Assembly: GCF_000143415.4 (NCBI RefSeq)
Contig: NW_003314279.1
Coordinates: 1,811,679-1,875,678 of the forward strand
DNA from: Selaginella moellendorffii
Taxonomy: Eukaryota; Plantae; Lycopodiophyta
Direction: 5' to 3'
Length of the DNA stretch: 64,000 bases
Positions 13,271 to 26,291 of this stretch are shown piece after piece. Numbering within the stretch: the first letter of the stretch is position 1; each line of letters opens with the position of its first letter. The notes beneath the pieces were generated by a model. That model searched no databases and was not told the DNA's origin. It was given only the letters and a program-made list of their open reading frames with translations. A program made the translations under genes and the position numbers.

Positions 13271-14504
13271 GCTTCAACCCAATGTCTAGCTATGGAATCA
13301 TGTAAGCTTATGCTCCTCTGACATGGATTCACATACGAAAATAAAGAGGAGCTGGTTTGTTATATTCTATGAAGTATGGCGTGCTTCTTATGAATTGAAT
13401 GTAGAATATACATTTAGTTCCACAATCCAACAAAGATGTATGGACAGAGTGGCAGCATTCAACATGCGTGGCAGTGTTTCGCCAGAATTCAGCAGCTGAG
13501 TGTTGTTTCAGGGAATGGCATGCTCGTAACGCTTGCCTGGAATGGGCATTTGCAGCAGGCAATGATGCAACTGCAATGCCTGGACAACAGTATATCGATC
13601 TACTCGCTGAATAGGTACTTTGAGGGGCGTTTTAGACTCCATATAGAACAGTTTCAGAAGATGCATGTGAGAAATATGTCTTGGAATACCATCATCTGAC
13701 AGAGCAACATTTTCATGGCTAAGATGGTCTTAAATTTTAATTCTTGTATTTGTTGTTTGAAAATAAATTTGTGTTATATCATGTCAATACTGAATTTAAA
13801 CCTCTGGTCACTCTTGGACCTTATTACCCTTGGAGGGCCTCCGCGCTATAATTTTTCAAGTTTTATGTACTAAGCAGCTTTATTTTATTCTAAAAATGAA
13901 AAATAAAATAAAAAACAGAGAATTTTTTTTAATCATCTCTTGCTGGGTTGCTTGTTGTCGTTGTTGATCTAGAGGAGGTTCTGGTCCATGGAGTTTGGTA
14001 GCAATGATGTTGAGAGGTGACAGTGTTTGATGCAAGAGATTCATAATGTTCTTACCACTTTGCCTATATTGTCGCCCCCACCAGTACTGCTCAAACAATT
14101 CTTGCTCAGTGTGCTGATACGCCAAGGATCTGCACAGGAGAAAATGGGTCAGTGATGAACTAGTCAAATCGTTTGTTCTCACGCACCTGTTAAAGCACCA
14201 ATTTGATCTCATCTTCTTTGTAGACCAAAAAACCCTGATCAAACCGGCACATCCCCTGATTTGTCTTGCACATTGATTTAAACTTGCATTTTCTAACAAG
14301 ACAATGAGAATCCAACATAAGGAAGGTTGTAACAAGTGTAAAGCAGCGCATGCCTCCACGACATCATATCATCTTACCCCACTGGCGGCAGTGGCTCCAG
14401 GTCCGGTTCTTGACATCCATATCACCGCAAAGCCAAAGCTTCAACTGTGAGATTATACAGCTCAGGTATTCACACCCCGAGCCCTCATTTCCAAGCATTT
14501 TGAG

Positions 14505-14740
14505 CGAATAGTCCTGCCACGAGATGCTCAACCACCATGTTCTTCTTGGTTAACTGCATCATCCTCTCCTCAATAGTTCCCCTAGCACTGATTAGCGGAG
14601 CCTATATAGATCATAACCTGGACATATGAAAAAATTTGAGTAACACCATCTGGAACAATATTTAATACCTACTTTACCTACTTTGCTCGTCTGACCCCAT
14701 GAGCACGAGCTTGCAAATCAGCATGTGGATTCCAGTCAGT
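14505..14740 (-). pseudogene. PKL: Fragment of CHD3 chromatin remodeller PICKLE (helicase C-terminal region, 2 exons)
   Basis: DWNPHADLQA.RAH and VMIYRL..RGTIEERMMQLTKK.MVVEHLV read on the - strand, with indels. Confidence 0.75.
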
Positions 14741-15297
14741 AATGTTGATGAGACATGGTATCTGAGCCTTCACAGCTTAGAAACTCCACCTGCTGGTTAA
14801 GTACTGAGGCAGATATTTCTCTTATCCTTCACTGCCACCACCCCCAATTAATAATATTGTGTTCATTAAAACTAGATTGCATGATCTGGAAGGGGTTGCA
14901 GATCAGAAGTGAGGACCTTCCAGAAATTCATGATGGAACTGTCTCTGCTGCCCTTGTTCTCATGGATGAGAAATACAGACACGTTCTACTGGAACTAGTT
15001 TGAAAATTTCAATCGCATGCCCTTGAAATAATCTCAAAGGCTGTAAGAATTTCCTTAAAGCAAAATTTTATACTTGACCACATGGTAAAATCCTTTACTT
15101 TTAATTTGCATTCTCCTAATCTGTGGGCTCTAGAGCTATATTTCCAGTATGATAACGTTTTTGCTAAATGGCTGTGCAGGATTGTGTGGAGATCTCTTGA
15201 GGTGGACCAGACGCAGTTTTTTTTAAAACAATTCCATTCATACTTATGTTTTACATTAATGTAACGTAATGTTTTAGATTGGATTTATAAACTCCAT

Positions 15298-16209
15298 TTA
15301 GAGATTTTGTTTGGAAGCCCAAATTGCTTTTACATGAGTCATTCCATCAAAAGGCGTGTACTTGTAGATCACGAAGTTGCCATCGTCCTGAAGGGATGCT
15401 GCATAGCTTGCTGTAGCATCGTCAGCAATTTCTGACTCCCATGCTGGATTTTCATTCTCTCGCTTGTACACAGCTAAGACACCATTCTTGTGAAGGACGG
15501 CATAACAGTTGCTGCCTTTGCCCCAAGAATCACTTGCCCATCTAGCCACATTCTGGCTATCATAGAGGACAAGGTTGCAATCGCTCTGCATGACCAGCGT
15601 GTACCATGCATTTGCTGACCTGAGATAGTGATTGGTGTATATGTACGTCCCATCCTCGTACTTGTCCGCATAATCAACCTTGCTGAACAGGGTATTGAAT
15701 TTGGGATCGCAGTCCCCTTGCACATTAGGTCCGGCAAGTTCAGGTGCAAGCGCTCCTGGCTGTGCAGCAGCACGGGCACCAGTACTGGTATCACCAGTTT
15801 CCTGACACCGAATCTGCAAGATGTGTTCGGTACCTACAATGCTAGCAAATCCACCTCTGATGGCTCGTTCCCACAAGTGTGGCAGGAGATCCACAGCATA
15901 CTTATTCAGCCGCTCCCATGGTACCAAGTTTAACCACTGTGGGTCAGATGAACACGACGCTTCGTTCAACAACCAAGCCTCAACCCAGACACTTCTTCCC
16001 TCGACATTGATAATCTGATCTACAAGTATTTGGCCAGCATAGTAAGCGTCCCGATAAGGAACATTTCGTAAGAAATTCACGACTTCATTAATGAGCACAC
16101 CGGCCCCTTGCTGAGTTATTCTACCAGGTGACCCTGTAGCGTTTATCGACACCCCATGAGAAACAACCAAACACAGGCATAGCATGGATGCCACAAGAAG
16201 GAGAGACAT
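15298..16209 (-). CDS. Secreted protein of 303 aa: signal peptide, unassigned N-terminal domain, C-terminal bulb-type mannose-binding lectin domain
   Basis: Intronless intact ORF; MSLLLVASMLCLCLVVSHG signal; QSDCNLVLY, HKNGVLAVY and QDDGNFVIY (QxDxNxVxY-type motifs), W.S terminus. Confidence 0.85.
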   Translation of the reverse strand: MSLLLVASMLCLCLVVSHGVSINATGSPGRITQQGAGVLINEVVNFLRNVPYRDAYYAGQILVDQIINVEGRSVWVEAWLLNEASCSSDPQWLNLVPWERLNKYAVDLLPHLWERAIRGGFASIVGTEHILQIRCQETGDTSTGARAAAQPGALAPELAGPNVQGDCDPKFNTLFSKVDYADKYEDGTYIYTNHYLRSANAWYTLVMQSDCNLVLYDSQNVARWASDSWGKGSNCYAVLHKNGVLAVYKRENENPAWESEIADDATASYAASLQDDGNFVIYKYTPFDGMTHVKAIWASKQNL

Positions 16210-16432
16210 GGTTTCTCTATTATGGAAATGCATGCTCACAGAATTTGCTGACAGACTTTCACAACACGAATGCATCATACACTTCCTATTTTGGAAGAGG
16301 AGGCGGAGGACAAACATGGATGACAATATTTTCCTTTGCTGCAATGCCGTGGCAAAAATGGTCGTCATAACATATTCATAGTAAAGTGCACGTGCCTTTG
16401 CCACGTGACGTTCATTGCCTTTTAGCTCTGAA

Positions 16433-16465
16433 TCGAGGTGTCGAGGTGTCGAGGTGTCGAGGTGT
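16433..16465. repeat. (TCGAGGTG)x4 tandem in the lectin upstream region, near a CCACGTGACG G-box/ACGT element at 16401
   Basis: Seen directly. Confidence 0.6.
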
Positions 16466-16679
16466 TTTACCTGGTCCATGAGCCACACATAGTCGACCAG
16501 TGGGATAGGGACAAAGAACAGCCTGAACAAAAAGCAATGTATTATATAGTAATATACATACTATTTCTTGGGTTTCGTTTTCTTTTTGGCTTTTCTTATC
16601 AACCAGTACCCTTGGCACTTTTGTGTCTATCATGGTCTGACTCCAGTTCAAATTGGGGGGATTTCAAAAAATAAATTAA

Positions 16680-19600
16680 TGTAGAAAATATAATATATTA
16701 ATATGTTAATTTTATTATTTAATTTAAGACTAAATTAATTAATTTGAGCCAATTTGTGACCCATGTAATGAACTTGGCCACAATTCATGAAATTAAATAA
16801 TTTTCTCTAATTAATTAATTATGCTTCAATTTTTAAAAAGTGAAATATAATAGGATTTTGATCCACTAGATAACCTAGGGTTTTGGACTAATATAAATAT
16901 AAATATTATACATAGGAGATGAAATGTCAGGAGTAATTGGATTTATATTTTTTTTTAATTTAACTTTTGCATTGTTTAGATTATTTTTGTTCTCGTAAAT
17001 GTTCCATTTCTTTTTTATTGTTCTCTTTCACCAAGAGGTTCATTCAATACTTATTTAACTAAATGTTTACTTTCAAATGTTTTTTTTATAATAAAAAGTC
17101 TATCCTTTTTTATATTTTCTTATACGAATTTAAATTTATCTTCCATTGCTCTGTCTGTTACCATATATTATTATTTACATTTGCAACATATGGTAAAACT
17201 GGTTTCACTTTCTATAGCAACAACCATATCCATATGTGCAGCATAAAAAAAATTCAGTTGTGTGATCATAAGCTTGAGTTTAAATTCTTATGAATAGTGC
17301 TAAGTCAAAATTTTATTACATAAATGTTTTATTTGAATAATACTTTTGCAACTTTCCAGTGGATAATAGATAAGTTTCTCTACAATATGCTAAAAATAAC
17401 TACTAACATCATTATTGATGCTTTGATCCACTCAAAGGGACATAATAGGAGTATATATGTCTATAATATCCAAAAGTTGTTAAATCAATTATGTCAAATT
17501 GATTTGAAACTAAAGCAGTCTAATTGTTTGTTTGGATCCCAAGATTTATCTTAGGTATACATTTCTCACAAAGACATACAAGTTGATCCTAATAGACTTA
17601 TAATTGTTTTAAAATTTGATAGATAGAATCAATTATAGTTTCCCATTTATTTGTGCTAATAGTGTTTGATTTAATAAGGCTTTTTGTGGTTGACTAGTGC
17701 TAATCCAACTATTTAACCCATTAGTAAAAGTTGCATTTGTAATTGTTGTTAGATATTTTTTGTCAAGTGGTGTTCTAAAGAGAGTGGATCAAATAATGAT
17801 CCCACACATATGGTTGAAGCATTTTACATCTTAATATCTCAACTAAGGAGACACCACATCATTGTGTGTTAATAATTAATAAAATGATGGCTTCATTTGA
17901 TAAATCATTATGACCTTCAAAGGGATGATTGCAAAGTATATAAAATTTAAATATTTAAATTGGGATGCTTATTTATTATCTTTCTAGCTTGTATATATAT
18001 ATATTATAGATATAGTCATAATTTTATATTGCTAATATAGTTAGTTTATATTTACAATTGCCACAAGTTGATAATGTTAGGCTTTAGGATTAGTATTTAA
18101 CAAGCATTTTTCCATTGATCCAAGAGAAGTTTTTAAACACTTAAACTACATATAAATTTCTTCTTCCCAATCTTATAATACATAGTTTGTTTAAAAGGTT
18201 TTTTGCCCAATGGAATGGATTATCAAGTATTATAACAAGTTGAGTTATAAGTAATAAGATTCAATATGACATTCAGGAAACCAATCTTTCAGAAATTATA
18301 TATATGTAACAATTAAAGCACTTTACAAAAGGATCATGAATAAATTATACTATCTATGGATGCACTAGTGCCTCCTCTTTATATTCTTCTAGCATTGACT
18401 ATCCTTCCGAAAGGAGTTATATTATTGTATATTATCATTAATGTAGTGAAACTTTAATAAATACTGGATTAGATTCAATTTGGACCACTTTCTACTCTAA
18501 TACGAAGCTATATATATTAATTATATTTTCCCACACAATTGCAAAACTAAAATTTCAAATTCCCAACTGTAGTGTGGCAATAGAGAGGTTGCACTAGATC
18601 TATTCTCTGCAATGAAGTGCTAAGGATTAGTTAGATAAGAATTTAGAATAAGTTAATATCTTGTGTTAGGGTGGGGTTTCATGTGTCCCTCACCTGGAAA
18701 TTTCTCCACCCCAGAAAAAAAAAATCCCCCCTTCTAAAATCTTAAGGTACCCTGTTTTACTAATATAAATGTATGATTAAAAAATTAAAACACAGCAAGC
18801 CGAAGTTTCCAATTCAATTTTATACCATAATTTTTCAAAAATATATTAATGAACTAGCAAGGAATCCAGCTCTCCTGGCCTATAAAAATAAATTTTTAAT
18901 GATGTCTTACTAAGATAGAAACATTGTTCAAAAACAATCTTGTAAATCTTTTTAAAGTACATGCATACCATATGAAATAAATTACATATTGATTTTCATG
19001 ATATGCTCAACATTTTAATTTGTTAAAATAAAAATTAATAATGAAGTTTTTTATAAGAGAAATTTAATAATAAATCTAATATTTAAATTGTCAAAATAAA
19101 CTAAACTTCTGACTTAAAAATTAACTCAGAGATATTTATATCACTTTTTGGTAAAAATAAATCAATATATACAAAATATTATATATACAGCTTAACAAAC
19201 TCCCATGTATACTTTAAAAATTAAAGATGTGCATATTCATAAAATTCTGGATATATATATTAGTTTTTATAAGGATTACTATCTAGTTATTATAAACATT
19301 TTAAAGCTTGAATTTAATTATTTTAACTTCACATAAAATATTTTAAAGTAGTATCTGTTTTCAAACATTTTGTTATTTGACTTATAGCATTGCATTACAA
19401 AAATTTTCTCCTAGCAAATAGACTAATGACATTAGCTCTCTTGTGTCAAAGCCTTTTCTTTCTATCTACCAATCTCAAGAGGCAATTATAGAAGCCAACA
19501 ATTCCATCTCTAAGATAAAGAGGGTAATGAGTTGCACTCCATTGCTTTCAAGAACAATATTAACAAAGATCATTACATGTCTAGGGTGGAAGCTATGGAG

Positions 19601-21240
19601 TACATGTTGAGCTATGCCCAAGTAGAAAAAGAGGATGCATGACATTAAGGATGCAAAAGTAGATATGAAGTTTTTGAAACTTTAGATTTGTTTAAATAGA
19701 GAACAAAAGAATTCATCTATCTATACAAAATAAAAGCACTTACAAAGAACATAAACAATTGGAGTTTATGTAAATGCTGCATGGAGGCATTTGCATAGCA
19801 GCTACATATGGCTGTCAATATACTCAAATATGGATCAGACTCTAAATTTTATGTATTTTTGTTCTCAACTAATGTGAATAAACAACCTTACTCTGGCATA
19901 TTCACCTTTGTATAAAAAAAGGGGTGTATTTCTATATTTAGAGCCTACTTATCATTTCTAAAAATACCTAAAACACATTGCTTTATTAAGTAGTATATCT
20001 ATATATTTGTTCTACAAATAAAATTGAGATCTAAAATGAAAACTCAATCTAATGAGTGGTGCTCATAATGTTAATTCATGCTTATAAACAAAATAATTAC
20101 CCTATTAAAATTACCTTTTTGTCTTCTTCTTTTTAGTATTGTAGCAATCACCACTATATGCTATGCGTGTTTGTCTAGTCATTTGCAAATTTGATGATGT
20201 GTGTAGCAGCCAAAAGTAAAAGCCACAATCATATAGTCAACTTGCAAGAGTTTATAAATGAAAAATACTTTTAAAATTATAGAGAAAATGTAATGCATGT
20301 GATCATGGGATGAGATTTGGATATACTGTCACTATGGATCCTTAGAACCTTGGAAGATAAATGGGGATAAAATAGCCATTAAGGGCTCTCTCATCAAGTA
20401 ATTGCCCCTTTTTCCAGTTGGCTTAAGGGGAGAGAGATAAGGTGCATTACAGAAAACCACTATATTTTGGCAATACTCATTTGTTTATTACATTATTCTA
20501 GATTCTCAAGAATTACTTATATTTTCAAGCCTTCTGTGAAAGGGATGGAGTGTATTCCTATACTTGATGCTAATTACATATGCTTTCAACAATCTTTAGT
20601 GTAAAAAGCATCTCTTCCTTGTAAAGCTCTCTTGCCTGATTAGTAAAGATATATCATCAAGTTCTCTATAAAGTTTAAACACTACATTGCCATAAATAAT
20701 AATCATCTATATCAATGCTTCGTTCACACTTGTATTTCTCAAATTCCTATAACAAATTCACCTAGGTAAACAAAGGTTATATGAGTTAATAGGACTGTAA
20801 TCTTGATTTTGTGTCTATCCTTGACCTTTCCAAATGAGCTACATAATCATTTATCAGGATGTTGAAAGTTTTCTAGTTCAGAATGTAAAAAGCCTTTTAC
20901 ATCTAGTTCTTAGCATCTTTTACATTCAAGCTTTTCCTATAAACATCAATCAAAAGATTGTAATAGCCATGATTTATCTGGAAAGTCATGCTTTACATCA
21001 CCCACAACACAAATAATTATAAAAAAGAAAGATTCATAAAAGTTGCAATGGAAGAACACTACAACCTATGTAACAAGAGACTAGACTTATGCATTTAAGT
21101 AACAAGAACATTAATGTGACCTCTAGATAGGTGTCCAAATAGCTAAGGCATCTTCTTTCACTATAAAACTTGTGCCAGAAAACCTGTTGCTATCTATATA
21201 AGAAAGATCAAAGTTCAAGAGAAGAGAAGAAAAAAAAGAG
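16680..21240. mobile_element. AT-rich, heavily decayed transposon relics, possibly KDZ-type transposase remnants (+ strand, about 17230-17550 and 19770-20090)
   Basis: Residual CDH, IDA.IHSKGH, AAWR.F and SGIFTF motifs; many stop codons. Confidence 0.3.
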
Positions 21241-24200
21241 TGTGAGGGCTAAGTGTACGGCTACGATGCTGTATACTAATATTAGCGTAGTGGGATTTTG
21301 GTAGCCGTCGCATTGGTTTTAATCCAGACAACTCACTCCTATATATAAACTAGGGTTTTTGGGTTAATTGAGATGAACATTTCTATATTCCCTTTTTATA
21401 TTCCATGCACTCACATTGGTGGAGGTGAGGGGCAGCTGGGGAGTGCTTGGATTTGGGATTTCGGTTTAGATCTAGCTTTTGCATCATTTAGATCTAGCTT
21501 TTTCCATTTCCTTTCTTTTGTTCTTTCCTTTCAGGATTTTGGTTTAGATCTAGCTTTTTGCATTGTTTAGATCTACCATTTCTTTCCAGCTTTTTGTTAT
21601 TTCTCTTCTTTTGCTCTTTCTTTTTCGTTCATCTTAATGGCCGATTAGCAATCTCCTCCTTTGACTCTAGAGCAGCAGTTGGTTCAATTGCTTGATGTTA
21701 TGCGCTTGCAATTGAACAACCAAACTCAATTGATGGCGGCATTCATGGCACGTGGACAAACTCCTCCTGCTCTTGGTGCCAATCCTCGCGTTCGGCCGGA
21801 GTTCTTTCGTGGGAATCCTGGGGATGATGTGTACCATTGGTTCGATCACTTCACGGTGATTGCCACATATCATTCTTGGGATGATGCTCAACATTTGCGT
21901 GAGTTTCCCACGTGTCTCCAAGGGACAGCGTTGCAGTGGTACAATAGATTGAGTGCGGCCACTTGTGGGGATTGGAGTGTTCTTCCGGATGTCTTCAAAT
22001 GTGCCTTTGGACATGCCAACGATTGTGATGATGCCTTCCAACAATTGCATTGTCTTTGCCAAGGGCCATTTGAGTTGGCGATGCAATTTGGCATTCGTTT
22101 CCAAAGTCTTTTGCTTCGTGCGGAGCCAAATATGTTGGAGCAGATCAAGCTAGGAATGTTGTGGCCAGCACTTCGTCAAGATCTTGTCGGCCTTGTGCAT
22201 GCACTTGCTCCTGCCACCCTTGATGATGCTCTTCGCTTGGCACAACGTTATGAGACGTCGCCTCTTCCACTTCTCGTTGCACGTCCTTCAGCTCCACTTC
22301 CTATGAGTGATGGTCCTGTTCCAATGGAGGTTGATGCTGCTGCTACTCGAGTCCACGGATAAGGGTGAGGACGTGGTCGTGGCCGTGATGTTCGTTGCTG
22401 GGCATGTGATGAAGTTGGTCATATTTATCGGCATTGTTGACGCTTTCCAGATTGGCGACCTCCATTTCCTGGATGGAGACCTTGGCGTCAACAACGTCCC
22501 GTTGGTGCTGTTGCGGTGGAAGGCTTGGACACCGAGGTGCACCCGGGAAATGAGGAGTCACGCGAGTAATGGAGGGACCTTGCGTGAATAAGTTAGTGAC
22601 CCCTCCATCTTTCTTTCGAGAGTATCATCAAGGGGTTCACTCGGCACCGGTTCATCCAGTGTTTACTTTCCAAGCTCGTTTTTATAACAAGAGGTCTCCT
22701 ATTCTTCTCTCCGTGTTGGTTGATACAGGTTCGAGTTTATCTTCTATTGCTCGACCTGTTGCCACATGTTGTTGTTTACACTTGCGTTGTGCGACAGATC
22801 CAATTTTCATTCTTTATGGCAACGGCCGTACACATGCATGTGCACGAGATGAGGCAGACCTGGTTGTGCGTGTGGGTGATCTCAAGCTTGAGTTGCAGTC
22901 ATTGTGGGTGGTGCCGAGTCAAGCTTTTGACCTCATTCTTGGTATGGATTGGTTGCAGCGCAATTATGCCAAGTGTGACTTTGAGGCTTCTCCCCCTTGT
23001 CTTATACTTCCTTATGTTTCATCCATTCTTCTCACTTTCATCCCTCTTCGTCCCTTTACTTCTACCTCTGCTTCTATTACTTTTGTTTCCCCACTATTTC
23101 CTCCTATGTTTCCATCTTGTTCTGCTCTTCCCTTTTCCGATCCCTCCGAACATCTTTGTGTTGCAGTTGTTGACCGGCTCATGAAGGAGTATTCTGATCT
23201 CTTTGAATTTGACCTATCGTCTGGGGCCAAGATTGCCACACGTCATCCGATTCCCACCGGGGATGCTCGTCCAATCAAGGTCCCAGTTCGTCGTCGGTCA
23301 CCCAAGGAGATCAGGATTTTACGTACAAACGTCAAGGAGATGTTGGAGAAGGGTGTTATTCAGAAGTTGCGGAGTCCTTGGGCATGTGAACTTCATCTTG
23401 TGTCGAAGCCTGATGGGAGTATTCGTTTCTGCATCGACTATCGTCCGTTAAATGAAGTGACGATCCCGGATGTGTACCCTCTTCCTCACACGACTGATCT
23501 CTTGGATTGTCTAGGGCGAAGTCGTTGGTTCACCAAGCTCAATCTTGCTTCTGGGTACTGGCAAGTACTGATGGCTGAAGAAGATATTCCTAAGACTGCT
23601 CTTTGTACACCATTTGGTTTGTATGAGTTCTTGGTGATGCCGTTTGGTTTGAACAATGCTCCAGCAACTTTCCAGCGGATGATGGACGAGGTTCTTTGTG
23701 ATATGCCAGAGGTGACTGCTGACTTCATTGATGATGTCTTGATTCACTCGGAGGGGACATGGGAGGAGAACATTCGTGATGTGTGTAAAGTGTTGGATCG
23801 GCTATGGGACGTTGGTTTAAAGTTGAAGCGGTCGAAGTGCGTGTTTGGGTCCAAGGACACAACTTATCTTGGGTACTATATTTCTCGTGAAGGTTTGCAA
23901 GTTGATCCTGACAAACTTGTAGCCATTCTAAGGTTCCTTACTCCGAAGTGTGTGAATGATGTGCAGCACTTCCTGTGCAAGGTGTAGTATCTCGGTCGTT
24001 TTGTGGATCATCTTTCTGATCACACTGCACCGTTGCGAGCGTTGCTGAAATCATCAACGTCATTTTTCATCTGGTCTTCAAATTGTGAGAAGGCGTTTAT
24101 GAATCTCAAAGAGCTGTTAACAACTCTTCCGGTTTTGGCATATCCTGACTACACTCGACCTTTTATTTTGCACGTAGATGCTTCTGATATTGGTCTTGGA

Positions 24201-26224
24201 GGTGTGTTGATGCAAGAAAGCCTGAGTGTGCCTGGTCAGCATCATCCCATTGCATATATAAGCCGTACGTTACAATCAGCAGAAGTGAACTACTCCATAA
24301 CAGAAAAAGAGTGTTTAGAGGCAGTTTGGGGTTTCGAGAAACTTCATGCATATCTACATGGTTCTCGGATGTTATTTGAAGGTGACCATGCTGCAGTTAC
24401 TTCGTTATTGAAGCGGAAGAACCTGGTTGGTCGTACTGCTCGGTGGGCTTTGAAGCTTCAGATATATAATTTTGATGTTGTTCATCGCCCAGGGAGTTCT
24501 ATGGCTGATGCTGATGCTCTTTCTTGAGCTCCTCTTCCTTCTCCACTCTCTTCTCATGTTTATGATGAGCCTGTTGTTCCAGCATCTGTGGATTTTTTAG
24601 ACGAGGATTCTGTACTGTCAGCGGTTGCTGTACTTGATGTTCAGTGTCCACAAGGCGCAGAGCAAGATCTACCTTCTCTTGATAAAGTTCGTGAGGCTCA
24701 AAAGATTGAGCTGTGGATTCGAAGGCTTCGAGATGCATTTGAGAATCTTGCATCATTTACTGATGACTTGCCTTTTTGGCATTTACATTCTCAAAATCGT
24801 CTTGAAGATGGCCTTCTTTATTTTGTGGGGACGGATCCTAATGATCATTTACGGCTGGTGGTGCCTTCTATCTTTATTCCATGATTTCTCCATGCCTACC
24901 ATGATTCTCTTGTTTTAGGTGGGCATATGGGACATCGTCGTGTGACCAAGAAGCTGCGTAGGTCTTTCTATTGGCCAAAGATGCAATGTGATGTTATTCG
25001 GTATATGCGTAGCTGCGTTTGGTGCCAAGCTCGTAATACTCCCCCTTGTGCTGCGGAAGGACGGTTGGAGTCAATTCCAGTTTCCCGTCCGTTTGAGTTA
25101 GTGGCGTTTGATCTTATGGGACATTTTCCACGGTTGACTGCTAGCAATGAGTATATTATTATTGCTTCTGACTACTTGACTCGTTGGGTGGAAGTTGGTG
25201 CTCTTGCTAGCGCCTCTACAACTGTTATTGGATACTTCCTCCTCAATCGAGTGGTGTTCCAACATTCTTGTCCAGAGCGGATTCTTTCGGATAATGGTCC
25301 TGCATTTATGGCTGAGGTTTTTCATGTTTTGACGTCTCGGTTGGGGATACGCCACACTTTTACGAGTGCTTATCATCCACAATCAGACGGTCTGGTGGAA
25401 CGCCTCATTCGGACATTCAAAGGGATGATTGCGAAATATGTGAACTTTTAGCATTCGGATTGGGATGGTTATTTGCTGTCTCTTCGGTATGCATATGTCA
25501 CAGGGGTGCAGAGTTCTGTTGGTGCTACAACATATAAATTTCTATATGGTTATGATCCAATATTACCAACGGAGCTGGGTTTACCTTTGCGATTGCCACG
25601 AGCTCCTAATGCTAAGTCATGGGATCAATATTTGACGAGCATTCTTCCACTTGTCTGAGCAGAGTCTGCCGAACATTTAGGCCGCATACATGTGGAACAA
25701 CAATGGCGTTATAACTCCCATCATTGTCCACCTGCAGAGTACAAAGTGGATGATTTGGTGTTAGTCCGTTTTCCCCATCTTACGGTACGTGGTTTATTTA
25801 AAGGGTTCTTTGTGCAGTGGAAAGGACCGTATCGGGTGTTGTGGCAAGTTGGACCGCAAGTTTATGAGGTTTGGCATGATGTCCAACAAGCCGATCCTTC
25901 AGAGATTGTGCATGTGCAGCAGTTTAAATGCTTCATGCAAAGGGATCAGGAGTAATTAATACCGTTTACAGATCCACCAATGCCTCCTCTTGACGTTCCT
26001 CTAGATCCTAGCCCATTTACAAAAGAACCTTGACACATTATTCTGAGAGGAGGGGATGATGTGAGGGCCAAGTATATACCTACGATGCCATATACTAATA
26101 TTAACATAATGGGATTTTGGTAGCCGTTAGATTAATTTCAATCTGGACCACTCACTTCTGTATATAAATTATGGTTTTTGGGCTAATTGAGATGTATTCC
26201 CTTTCCATATTCTATGCACTCACA
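21241..26224 (+). mobile_element. Full-length Ty3/gypsy LTR retrotransposon (no chromodomain), inactivated by stop codons
   Basis: LTRs 21241-21415 and 26060-26224 (TGTGAG...CTCACA); TSD AGAG; PBS TGGTGGAG at 21417; PPT GAGAGGAGGGG; gag with CWACDEVGHIYRHC, protease VDTG, RT FIDDVL, RNase H VDAS, integrase. Confidence 0.95.
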
Positions 26225-26291
26225 AGAGAAAAAAAAAAAAAAAAAAAAACAAAAAAAAAAGCAAGGTGTTTATACATAAATGGATGTTCTC

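Noticed and set aside
13829-13842. GGAGGGCCTCC hairpin as a Helitron 3' end
   Set aside because: Short stem and no downstream CTRR terminus.
16210-16530. N-terminal extension of the 410-aa lectin ORF
   Set aside because: It starts at a non-ATG codon and runs through a tandem repeat. The ATG at 16209 directly precedes a signal peptide.
26225-26262. Poly(A) tail marking FtsH4 as a retrocopy
   Set aside because: Wrong strand for the gene, FtsH4 retains introns, and the A-tract continues on the other side of the LTR element.
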